Shown here one piece after another: positions 1 to 7,089 of a stretch of 9,647 bases of DNA. A program made the position numbers and the translations under genes. Numbering within the stretch: the first letter of the stretch is position 1; the number at the start of each line of letters is the position of its first letter. The DNA is from a virus (Duplodnaviria; Heunggongvirae; Uroviricota; Caudoviricetes): IMG/VR virus record IMGVR_UViG_2534681656_000013. One strand, given 5' to 3'. The notes under the pieces are model-generated. The model searched no databases and was not told the DNA's origin. It was given only the letters and a program-made list of their open reading frames with translations.

Positions 1-39
1 TTAATCATGTCCTTAAATTAATGCAACCTTCGTGCGCAG

Positions 40-58
40 TGCTTTCCCCGCCTCGCCC
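40..58 (-). other. cos: cos site: 19-nt P2/P4-type cohesive-end sequence
   Basis: Plus strand 40-58 is gtgctttccccgcctcgcc; its reverse complement is GGCGAGGCGGGGAAAGCAC, which I recall as the P2/P4 cohesive end. It sits where P4 has cos, just beyond the end of psu. Recalled from memory, not searched. Confidence 0.6.
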
Positions 59-158
59 GCCCGCTTTGCAGGGCGGTTTTAATGCAGTTGCACAGACACG
101 CTCAGACCGCGCCGGGAATGGCGCGGTTTGCAGAAAATGAGGCAGGGAAACGCATGCA

Positions 159-191
159 AAGCCATGCACCTTATCGATGCATGGCTTTTTT
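159..191. terminator. Perfect 10-bp inverted repeat (aagccatgca / tgcatggctt, 9-nt loop) followed by a 6-T run; candidate terminator between cos and psu
   Basis: Arms at 159-168 and 178-187 are exact reverse complements, and T186-T191 follows on the plus strand. The T-run is on the plus strand, so it is better oriented for plus-strand transcripts than for psu. Confidence 0.4.
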
Positions 192-221
192 CAGTAAAAT
201 CGGACGGATTTTCGGGGAGTT

Positions 222-794
222 TTACACAGACTGATGTGATGCCAGTTGCGCACTTTTACGCGAAAAAATCATGTTCTGCGCAGGGGTGAATTTTTCACGG
301 CTGTCATCCACCGAAGCCGCGTCAGGCCTGAATCCGATGGTCGTTAAAATGTCGCTATCCTGTGCGGAATAATTAATTTTTTCCCCCTTCGCAAGCCAGG
401 ACAGAAGGGCTTCACGCAGGGCATCTGTGGCACGCTGTATGGCACAGTTTCGGGCAATGTCCGTCAGTTCACTGTAGCCCATCAACTCCGGTGCCAGTGC
501 GGCCGCCATTACTGTGCCGTGCTGCTGCATAAAATCATTCAGCCGGTCGCGGATGCTGATGTGCTGAACGGCTTCATGCGAACGAATATAACGACCGGCG
601 GCCTGATTCACCTGCCATTTTCTGACTTCGATAATATTGCGTAATTCGTCCAGGCGACTGACGTTTCTGCCTTCTCCTGACAGAAGCCGCAGGTATTCCT
701 GTTCGGCCGCTGCCAGCTCATTTTTGCGTTGCAGCCATGCTGCTTTGTTATTCTGACAGGTGTCAAAGGCCTGCTGTAAGGCTGTGCTTTCCAT
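222..794 (-). CDS. psu: Psu-like protein (polarity suppression / capsid decoration), 190 aa
   Basis: 190-aa ORF, last in a minus-strand sid-delta-psu arrangement. Length matches P4 Psu as I recall it, and it lies next to cos as in P4. Confidence 0.8.
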   Translation of the reverse strand: MESTALQQAFDTCQNNKAAWLQRKNELAAAEQEYLRLLSGEGRNVSRLDELRNIIEVRKWQVNQAAGRYIRSHEAVQHISIRDRLNDFMQQHGTVMAAALAPELMGYSELTDIARNCAIQRATDALREALLSWLAKGEKINYSAQDSDILTTIGFRPDAASVDDSREKFTPAQNMIFSRKSAQLASHQSV

Positions 795-867
795 CGTTAT
801 CTCTTTCTCATCATGCTGAAGAATAAAAATACGGTGTGCGGCGACGGCCGGTGTTAACCGGCAGCCC

Positions 868-1368
868 TCATTCCAGACGCAGCGAATATGATTGTGTTTT
901 TAAGCGTACTGGCGGCAGTTCCTGTTTTTCATACAGGCGTTCTGCCAGTTCGTCCGGCGTGACCGGGCGGACAATGAAACGGTTGATGGTCTGAAGCGTT
1001 TTAAACACCAGACCACAGCCCGGATCCGTGCACACATAAAAACGCTCGGTGACTTCCTGAGACAGACGCCGCGATGTTCTTGACAGTGCAAGGCCTTTAC
1101 ATCTCCGACAACAATATCCGGTAACAAGCATTCTTTTCGGGCGTTTCATACTGCCGGAGGCTGACGTCAGTGAATCGCGGTATCTCTGTTTGCCTGAAAT
1201 GTATTCCATTCCTGAATCTTTACTGTCAGAGAAAAAGCTTTCACTCGCTTCAAATGTCGCAGAGCAATAAATATTCCGGCACTGTGCAATCATTATCTTG
1301 GTGCCATCGTCCATGAAATGTGCGCGACGGGTGTGAGCAACATGTCCACACGACGGGCAGTAAATCAT
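868..1368 (-). CDS. delta: Delta-like late-gene transcriptional activator (duplicated Ogr-type zinc finger), 166 aa
   Basis: Two Cys-rich modules (CPSCGH...C..C and CCRRCKG...CTDPGC) typical of a tandem Ogr-like protein. Length 166 aa matches P4 Delta. Its ATG (1366-1368) overlaps the sid stop (1365-1367) as ATGA. Confidence 0.8.
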   Translation of the reverse strand: MIYCPSCGHVAHTRRAHFMDDGTKIMIAQCRNIYCSATFEASESFFSDSKDSGMEYISGKQRYRDSLTSASGSMKRPKRMLVTGYCCRRCKGLALSRTSRRLSQEVTERFYVCTDPGCGLVFKTLQTINRFIVRPVTPDELAERLYEKQELPPVRLKTQSYSLRLE

Positions 1369-2099
1369 GACAGCAGCCCTCTGGCCTTAAGCTCTGCTCC
1401 CTGCTGGTCTATTTTGTCCTGCCACACCTTGCGCTGTGCCGGTGTGCCTGCCACCTCATAATCCATGTGCGGAAGTGTTGCCGCTGACAGTCCGGTCAGC
1501 CGGAGAACCGGCTCGCCGGTGAGGCTGATTTGCATCTGTTTAATTTTCTGTTCCAGCGATGATTTCACCTGCTGCATGACAGCCTTTTCCGGTGCGACGT
1601 AGCCCTGATGGCCGGTGGTGTTGGCGAGCGGATTTTCCTGTACCAGGATACTCAGATGCATTGCCCGGACAAGCGCCTCACAGGTTTCATTCAGGGCGTG
1701 TTCCAGCTCATGCTCTGCATACAGACTCAGAAGGTGATGATGTGCCTTCCGGTAGGCGGTGGCCGTACTGTCACACGCCCCTTTCAGGCGTTCACGTTCG
1801 AAATTCAGCACCACGGCCAGATTGTCATATTCCTGTACCAGCTCCCTGCGTGCCACGCGCTCAATGTGGCGCTGTTTCAGCTCGTCGCTCAGGACACCAC
1901 CGGCTGCACGAAAGGCCGTGCGCCAGTCGTCAGCGTCGTTTCCGTCGGCCTGCGCCAGCGCATTTTTTTCCTGCTCTGCCCGTTCAATGGCCGTGACGGT
2001 CTCATCCATCAGGCGGGCGTTCTCAAGATGGGCGGCTCTGGCCTTTTCCAGTTGTGCCAGCGCGGGTTGCAGATATTCAGGGATGGTGTTGTCAGACAT
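1365..2099 (-). CDS. sid: Sid-like capsid size-determination (external scaffold) protein, 244 aa from the second in-frame ATG
   Basis: The ORF track gives 250 aa from the ATG at 2115-2117. The second ATG (2097-2099) is preceded by GAGGAG at about 7 nt and yields 244 aa, the length I recall for P4 Sid. Coiled-coil-like, Ala/Glu/Leu-rich sequence; first gene of the minus-strand late operon. Confidence 0.8.
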   Translation of the reverse strand: MSDNTIPEYLQPALAQLEKARAAHLENARLMDETVTAIERAEQEKNALAQADGNDADDWRTAFRAAGGVLSDELKQRHIERVARRELVQEYDNLAVVLNFERERLKGACDSTATAYRKAHHHLLSLYAEHELEHALNETCEALVRAMHLSILVQENPLANTTGHQGYVAPEKAVMQQVKSSLEQKIKQMQISLTGEPVLRLTGLSAATLPHMDYEVAGTPAQRKVWQDKIDQQGAELKARGLLS

Positions 2100-2171
2100 T
2101 TTCCGGCTCCTCGTCACTTCAGGTTAAGAAAATTGTGACGTACACCGGACAACAACACGACGCATTGCAGA

Positions 2172-2189
2172 TGTGCCAGCCCTGACACA
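2172..2189 (-). promoter_or_regulatory. TGT-N12-ACA dyad, candidate Delta/Ogr activator site of a Psid-like late promoter
   Basis: tgt(2172-2174)-N12-aca(2187-2189), centred about 82 bp upstream of the sid ATG at 2099. This fits P2/P4 late promoters with a dyad near -55 and a short leader. A second dyad at 2134-2151 is too close to the ATG to be the same type of site. Chance occurrence of this motif is not negligible. Confidence 0.4.
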
Positions 2190-2261
2190 GGAGACTCATC
2201 CTCAGACCGGCAAGCCAGGAAAAGGTCGCAGGAAAAACCGGCTTACTGTTTGTTTTTTTAT

Positions 2262-2375
2262 ATTTTACTGTTCACCTCTGTTCACCTTAAGAAAAAAGAT
2301 AAGTAATACAGTAAGTTAAAGGTTGAACAATAGCAGTAATGACTGTTCACCGTCTGTTCACCACTGTTCACCCGT
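2262..2375 (+). repeat. ori: ori-like iteron cluster: five perfect direct TGTTCACC octamers with helical-turn spacing, followed by an AT-rich tract
   Basis: TGTTCACC at 2269-2276, 2279-2286, 2344-2351, 2355-2362 and 2365-2372, plus a degenerate copy (gttgaaca, about 2322-2329). AT-rich tract at about 2380-2470. The same octamer recurs in the crr-like region about 4.8 kb away, consistent with alpha-binding type I iterons of P4. Confidence 0.7.
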
Positions 2376-2530
2376 TGATGGACTTTTTGTGCTGTTTATT
2401 ACTTTTTATTTTTATTAATTCACTGAAATAAATAAGAAAAAACAATTTGTATTTCACTATAAAAAATTCCAGGTCCTTCAGAACCCTTTGAGACCCTTCC
2501 AGTCCGGATGGATAAAAAACACACAGCCAT

Positions 2531-2548
2531 TGTAAGGTTGCCGGAACA
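2531..2548 (+). promoter_or_regulatory. TGT-N12-ACA dyad, candidate activator site of a PLL-like late promoter upstream of vis
   Basis: tgt(2531-2533)-N12-aca(2546-2548), centred about 110 bp upstream of the vis ATG (2651). Inference by analogy with P4 PLL, which lies upstream of vis and is late-activated. Confidence 0.3.
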
Positions 2549-2650
2549 AATTCCCCCTGTTGCGTCTGCTGAAAATATTCACAAAATAAAGCGCTACCCG
2601 AAGCCGGACGGACTTATCCGGTGCTGTATGGACATTAACGAGGTATCCCG

Positions 2651-2917
2651 ATGCAAGCTGTTTTTTCTTCCCCGTCTCCCGCCCCTGTTACGCCACTGAT
2701 GCCGCTGCCGGACATCACGCAGGAGCGTTTTTTACGTCTGCCGGAAGTGATGCACCTGTGCGGCCTGTCACGCTCGACCATCTATGAACTCATCCGTAAG
2801 GGGGAATTTCCGCCGCAGGTGAGTCTTGGCGGTAAAAATGTGGCCTGGCTGCACTCTGAAGTCACCGCATGGATGGCCGGGCGCATTGCCGGACGCAAAC
2901 GGGGGTACGACGCATGA
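2651..2917 (+). CDS. vis: Vis / AlpA-family small DNA-binding regulator (excisionase-like HTH), 88 aa
   Basis: 88-aa ORF with an AlpA-type motif ([29 protein letters not shown]) and GAGG about 7 nt upstream of the ATG. Size and position match P4 vis (orf88) as recalled. Confidence 0.8.
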   Translation: MQAVFSSPSPAPVTPLMPLPDITQERFLRLPEVMHLCGLSRSTIYELIRKGEFPPQVSLGGKNVAWLHSEVTAWMAGRIAGRKRGYDA

Positions 2918-3513
2918 TGATGCCCGCTCTGCAAAAACTCCCTTTTTCTGGCTTGCCTTTTTCCGGCATTTGCGGATATAGTTTTTCCGCTGCCGCAAAA
3001 TCGGCAGCCGGGCGTGAGAACCCGAGCAATTCACAGGCGACATATGACGCGCCACGCGTCTTTTTTTGTGTCGCAATCAATGCCACAGAGCGCCAGATTA
3101 TGGTGTGGTGTGTGGTCAGTCGTGCAGATGGCATTCCGTGCATCCTGCCCGCGTCCGCTCATTATGCCGCAGAGTCAATGGTAGCTCAGGCGGGGCAGCC
3201 TCCGGGCTGGCCGGTATCCTGTGAAGCCGGTATTCTCACCCCCGTCTGGGCTATCGCCATCGAGCGTGAGAACTCCGGCGATAGCGTTATTTGCTATTCA
3301 CAGGAGGCTGCCATCATGGCTACAACCCTTACCCCTTCACACCCTGAATTTGTCTTTGTGTTTGCGGCTGTCCGTCGCGCAGACCGTCATCCCCGTATCT
3401 GCATGCTTCGCACCGTCGCCGGTGATGAACGCAGCGCCCGCCGTTCCCTTGTCCGTGACTATGTGCTCTCCCTTGCTGCCCGTCTGCCGGTGGTGGAGGT
3501 GTCCCGTGCGTAA
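2914..3513 (+). CDS. kil: kil-like long open frame (199 codons) spanning the immunity leader; coding status uncertain
   Basis: Three consecutive in-frame ATGs at 2914-2922; the first overlaps the vis stop (ATGA). Reading to the TAA at 3511-3513 gives 199 aa. The sequence is low-complexity and the frame also contains promoter-, terminator- and repeat-like elements, as expected of the P4 immunity leader where nested kil/eta translation modulates termination. The ORF-track start at 2869 lies inside vis and is rejected. Confidence 0.45.
2953..2982 (+). promoter_or_regulatory. Candidate sigma70-type promoter (TTGCCT, 17-18 bp spacer, ATATAG/TATAGT), possible PLE-like early promoter
   Basis: -35-like hexamer at 2953-2958 and -10-like hexamer at 2976-2982, about 400 bp downstream of the putative PLL dyad, matching the PLL-PLE spacing I recall for P4. 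Sequence-only prediction. Confidence 0.25.
3046..3067 (+). terminator. GC hairpin (gacgcg-cca-cgcgtc) followed by 7 T: intrinsic terminator, candidate immunity-type premature terminator
   Basis: Perfect 6-bp GC stem (3046-3051 / 3055-3060) with a 3-nt loop, then T3061-T3067. It lies about 60 nt downstream of the candidate promoter and inside the kil-like frame. Confidence 0.4.
3316..3513 (+). CDS. eta: Nested in-frame internal start within the kil-like frame (65 aa), eta-like
   Basis: ATG at 3316-3318 preceded by AGGAGG (3302-3307) at 8-nt spacing, in the same frame and sharing the stop with the 199-codon frame. P4 is reported to have eta nested in frame within kil; assignment is by analogy. 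Confidence 0.4.
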
Positions 3514-3793
3514 TAAAAAAGCCCCTCAGACCGTCTCAGCACGTCATGACGCCCGTGAACACCTCAGCATTGAGGCTTACCATAAGCTCAACCGCGCCAG
3601 CGCCGTATCCCGGTTTGTTGGGGGTGATTTGATTCACCGTGAACTCTCCGGCCTGCATCAGCTCTACATTCCGCATATTTTCAGCTACCTGAATGAAGAT
3701 ATTGATTTTGTGCTGAATGAGCTGAAAGCCAAAGGCCTGTGCCGCGATTTTCTCGCCCAGCAGAAAGACCGGGGAGACAGGACGCATGTTTGA
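3506..3793 (+). CDS. epsilon: Epsilon-like protein (helper-prophage derepression), 95 aa from a GTG start
   Basis: GTG at 3506-3508 preceded by GGAGG (3495-3499). The start overlaps the end of the kil/eta frame, and the stop (3791-3793) overlaps the orf151 start (3786). Position immediately upstream of orf151 matches P4 order; the 95-aa length fits my uncertain recollection of P4 epsilon. Confidence 0.6.
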
Positions 3794-4241
3794 TTTTCCC
3801 CAGCCCGGTGAGATTTACCGTTCTGCCGGTTTTCCCGATGTGGCCGTGGTCGGCATTCTGGAAGACGGTATTCCGTGGGAAATGCCGTACCGCTGCCCGG
3901 ACATTGTCTGGAACCCGTACCGCCGTAAATTCAGTATCCTTGTGCGTATCCTCGCTGACGGGCGCACCACAGACATCCCGCTGGGGCGTTTTCTGCGGGA
4001 ATTTACCTGTGACCGTCCTGACCTGTTTAAACGCAGCCCCGTAAACCGGCATGCGGTACTGAAAGAAATGGCCGGAGACCCGGAATTACAGAAATGGCGG
4101 GAGAAATATCTGGATATTTACCCGCAGGACACTGTTCCGGCCAGCCGGGCGGCACCGGTGGCGCGGGAATGGCGGGAAATTCCCCGCACGGAGCCTGACC
4201 CAGAAATCACCCCGGATAACAGTTACCGCAATTATCTGTAA
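3786..4241 (+). CDS. Hypothetical protein, P4 orf151-like (151 aa)
   Basis: 151-aa ORF, start overlapping the epsilon stop, in the position of P4 orf151 between epsilon and alpha. Function unknown. Confidence 0.7.
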   Translation: MFDFPQPGEIYRSAGFPDVAVVGILEDGIPWEMPYRCPDIVWNPYRRKFSILVRILADGRTTDIPLGRFLREFTCDRPDLFKRSPVNRHAVLKEMAGDPELQKWREKYLDIYPQDTVPASRAAPVAREWREIPRTEPDPEITPDNSYRNYL

Positions 4242-4376
4242 TTAAAAAACGACACCCGAAAAATTAAATGTGCGTATTCGCGCAGGGATACGCACGTCTT
4301 CAGGAGACGCAGATATGCCTTATCAGTTAATGCAACCGGCACGGAATGCAGTCATCTGTCACAGGGAGGAAAGCAA

Positions 4377-4697
4377 ATGAAACCCCCCTTACCGCCCGTC
4401 TTACGCGCAGCCCTTTACCGTCGTGCTGTCGCCTGTGCCTGGCTGACCGTGTGCGAACGTCAGCATCGCTACCCGCATCTCACCCTTGAGTCACTGGAGG
4501 CGGCCATCGCCGCTGAGCTGGAGGGCTTTTATCTGCGCCAGCACGGTGAGGAAAAAGGGCGTCAGATAGCCTGTGCCCTGCTGGAAGATTTAATGGAATC
4601 CGGCCCCCTGAAGGCCGCGCCGTCGCTGTCCTTTCTCGGGCTGGTTGTGATGGATGAACTCTGTGCCCGTCACATAAAAGCGCCGGTACTGCACTGA
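4377..4697 (+). CDS. Hypothetical protein, P4 orf106-like (106 aa)
   Basis: 106-aa ORF with GGGAGG upstream, ending 14 bp before the alpha start. Size and position match P4 orf106. Confidence 0.7.
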   Translation: MKPPLPPVLRAALYRRAVACAWLTVCERQHRYPHLTLESLEAAIAAELEGFYLRQHGEEKGRQIACALLEDLMESGPLKAAPSLSFLGLVVMDELCARHIKAPVLH

Positions 4698-4711
4698 AGG
4701 AGAACAACACC

Positions 4712-7045
4712 ATGAAAATGAACGTAACCGCCACCGTCAGCCATGCGCTCGGCCACTGGCCGCGTATTCTCCCGGCGCTGGGGATTCAGGTGCTGAAAAA
4801 CCGTCATCAGCCCTGTCCGGTCTGTGGCGGGAGTGACCGCTTCCGTTTTGATGACAGGGAGGGGCGCGGCACCTGGTACTGCAATCAGTGTGGTGCCGGT
4901 GACGGCCTGAAACTGGTTGAAAAGGTGTTTGGTGTTTCCCCGTCCGACGCGGCCGCAAAGGTGGCTGCCGTGACCGGCAGCCTGCCCCCGGCTGACCCGG
5001 CAGTGACGGCCGCCGCCGGCGCTGAAACAGACGCTGCCCGGAAGAACGCCGCCGCACTGGCACAAACCCTGATGGCAAAAACCCGTCCCGGAACCGGTAA
5101 CGCCTACCTGACCCGCAAGGGCTTTCCCGGCCGGGAATGCCGGATGCTGACCGGCACACACAGAGCCGGTGGCGTGAGCTGGTGCGCCGGTGACCTTGTG
5201 GTGCCACTGTATGACGACAGCGGCGAACTGGTTAACCTTCAGTTAATCAGTGCTGACGGCCGTAAGCGCACCCTGAAAGGCGGACAGGTCAGGGGCACCT
5301 GTCACACCCTTGAAGGACAGAATCAGGCCGGAAAACGTCTGTGGATAGCGGAGGGATACGCGACCGCACTTACCGTGCATCACCTGACCGGTGAAACGGT
5401 GATGGTGGCGCTTTCTTCCGTGAACCTCCTTTCTCTGGCCAGCCTTGCCCGGCAGAAGCATCCGGCCTGTCAGATTGTCCTTGCTGCTGACCGTGACCTC
5501 AGCGGTGACGGCCAGAAAAAAGCCGCCGCAGCCGCAGATGCGTGTGAAGGTGTTGTTGCCCTGCCGCCGGTCTTCGGTGACTGGAATGATGCCTTCACGC
5601 AGTACGGCGGGGGGGCCACCCGTAAGGCCATTTATGATGCCATCCGGCCACCGGCTGAAAGCCCGTTCGACACCATGAGCGAAGCGGAGTTTTCCGCCAT
5701 GAGTACCAGCGAAAAGGCCATGCGTATCTATGAGCATTACGGCGAGGCGCTCGCGGTCGATGCCAACGGCCAGCTTCTGTCCCGCTATGAAAATGGTGTC
5801 TGGAAGGTGCTGCCGCCACAGGACTTTGCCCGGGATGTGGCCGGGCTGTTTCAGCGTCTGCGCGCGCCGTTCTCCTCCGGGAAGGTGGCCTCCGTGGTGG
5901 ACACCCTGAAGCTGATTATTCCGCAGCAGGAAGCCCCCTCCCGCCGCCTGATTGGCTTTCGTAACGGCGTGCTCGACACGCAGAACGGCACGTTCCACCC
6001 GCACAGTCCGTCACACTGGATGCGCACCCTGTGCGATGTGGATTTCACCCCGCCGGTGGACGGTGAAACGCTGGAGACCCACGCCCCCGCGTTCTGGCGC
6101 TGGCTTGACCGTGCCGCCGGTGGCCGTGCGGAAAAACGCGACGTGATTCTGGCCGCACTGTTTATGGTGCTGGCAAACCGCTACGACTGGCAGCTCTTTC
6201 TGGAGGTGACCGGTCCCGGCGGCAGCGGCAAAAGTATCATGGCCGAAATAGCCACCCTGCTGGCCGGTGAGGATAACGCCACGTCGGCCACCATTGAGAC
6301 GCTGGAATCCCCGCGTGAACGTGCCGCGTTAACTGGCTTCTCACTGATACGCCTGCCGGACCAGGAAAAATGGAGCGGCGACGGAGCCGGACTCAAGGCC
6401 ATCACCGGCGGCGATGCGGTGTCCGTTGACCCGAAATACCGGGATGCGTACTCCACGCACATCCCGGCGGTGATTCTGGCCGTGAACAATAACCCGATGC
6501 GCTTCACCGACCGCAGCGGCGGCGTGTCACGCCGGCGGGTGATTATTCACTTCCCGGAACAGATAGCCCCGCAGGAGCGCGACCCGCAGCTTAAGGACAA
6601 AATCACCCGCGAGCTGGCGGTCATCGTGCGTCACCTGATGCAGAAGTTCAGCGACCCGATGCTCGCCCGGTCACTGCTTCAGTCCCAGCAGAACTCAGAC
6701 GAGGCACTGAACATCAAACGGGATGCCGACCCGACGTTTGATTTTATCGGCTATCTGGAAACCCTGCCGCAGACCAGCGGCATGTATATGGGGAACGCCA
6801 GTATCATCCCGCGTAATTACCGTAAATACCTCTATCACGCCTATCTGGCCTACATGGAGGCAAACGGCTACCGGAATGTACTCAGTCTGAAAATGTTCGG
6901 GCTGGGGCTGCCGGTGATGCTGAAGGAATACGGACTGAATTACGAGAAGCGCCATACCAAACAGGGGATACAGACCAACCTGACGCTGAAAGAGGAAAGC
7001 TACGGCGACTGGCTGCCAAAATGTGACGACCCTGCAATAGCCTGA
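4712..7045 (+). CDS. alpha: Alpha-type bifunctional DNA primase-helicase (zinc-binding primase, TOPRIM, superfamily-3 helicase), 777 aa
   Basis: N-terminal CPVCGG...YCNQCG zinc motif, a Walker A box (GPGGSGKS, about 6211-6234), AAGGAG RBS, and a length of 777 aa equal to P4 alpha as recalled. Flanked by TGTTCACC iteron clusters on both sides. Confidence 0.93.
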   Translation: MKMNVTATVSHALGHWPRILPALGIQVLKNRHQPCPVCGGSDRFRFDDREGRGTWYCNQCGAGDGLKLVEKVFGVSPSDAAAKVAAVTGSLPPADPAVTAAAGAETDAARKNAAALAQTLMAKTRPGTGNAYLTRKGFPGRECRMLTGTHRAGGVSWCAGDLVVPLYDDSGELVNLQLISADGRKRTLKGGQVRGTCHTLEGQNQAGKRLWIAEGYATALTVHHLTGETVMVALSSVNLLSLASLARQKHPACQIVLAADRDLSGDGQKKAAAAADACEGVVALPPVFGDWNDAFTQYGGGATRKAIYDAIRPPAESPFDTMSEAEFSAMSTSEKAMRIYEHYGEALAVDANGQLLSRYENGVWKVLPPQDFARDVAGLFQRLRAPFSSGKVASVVDTLKLIIPQQEAPSRRLIGFRNGVLDTQNGTFHPHSPSHWMRTLCDVDFTPPVDGETLETHAPAFWRWLDRAAGGRAEKRDVILAALFMVLANRYDWQLFLEVTGPGGSGKSIMAEIATLLAGEDNATSATIETLESPRERAALTGFSLIRLPDQEKWSGDGAGLKAITGGDAVSVDPKYRDAYSTHIPAVILAVNNNPMRFTDRSGGVSRRRVIIHFPEQIAPQERDPQLKDKITRELAVIVRHLMQKFSDPMLARSLLQSQQNSDEALNIKRDADPTFDFIGYLETLPQTSGMYMGNASIIPRNYRKYLYHAYLAYMEANGYRNVLSLKMFGLGLPVMLKEYGLNYEKRHTKQGIQTNLTLKEESYGDWLPKCDDPAIA

Positions 7046-7052
7046 CCCACCT

Positions 7053-7078
7053 GACCGGCATCTGCCGGTCTTTTTTTT
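7053..7078 (+). terminator. Rho-independent terminator of the alpha operon (gaccggc-atct-gccggtc followed by 8 T)
   Basis: 7-bp GC-rich stem (7053-7059 / 7064-7070) with a 4-nt loop, then T7071-T7078, immediately after the alpha stop (7043-7045). Confidence 0.75.
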
Positions 7079-7089
7079 ATCCCGACATC

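Noticed and set aside
60-82. Second small hairpin with a T-run right after cos (ccgc...gcgg, then tttt)
   Set aside because: The stem is only 4-5 bp and it overlaps the cos-flanking region, so it is too weak to call a terminator.
1592-2138. Plus-strand ORFs antisense to sid (1592-1996, 1608-2138, 1759-2127) and the minus-strand ORF 900-1127 inside delta
   Set aside because: Shadow frames opposite well-supported genes, with no RBS and low-complexity composition.
2508-2699. 63-aa ORF overlapping the vis upstream region and start
   Set aside because: It overlaps the putative PLL region and the vis RBS and start in another frame, with no SD.
2869-2913. Upstream extension of the kil-like frame to the ATG at 2869 (the 214-aa version)
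   Set aside because: That start lies 48 bp inside the vis coding region. The ATG triplet at 2914-2922, overlapping the vis stop, gives the 199-codon length expected from P4 and a more plausible coupled start.
3060-3260. A seqB-like segment complementary to both GCGTGAGAAC copies
   Set aside because: The best candidate (about 3229-3242) pairs over only about 7 bp, which is too weak to call without RNA folding or alignment to P4.
2768-4734. Other overlapping ORFs in the vis-to-orf106 region (2768-3076 -, 2862-3143 -, 3221-3793 + N-terminal part, 3536-3787 -, 3681-4052 -, 3739-4044 +, 4480-4734 -)
   Set aside because: They conflict with the colinear vis/kil/epsilon/orf151/orf106 series, which has RBSs and coupled junctions. 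Only the C-terminal 95 codons of the 3221-3793 frame (from GTG 3506) are retained, as epsilon.
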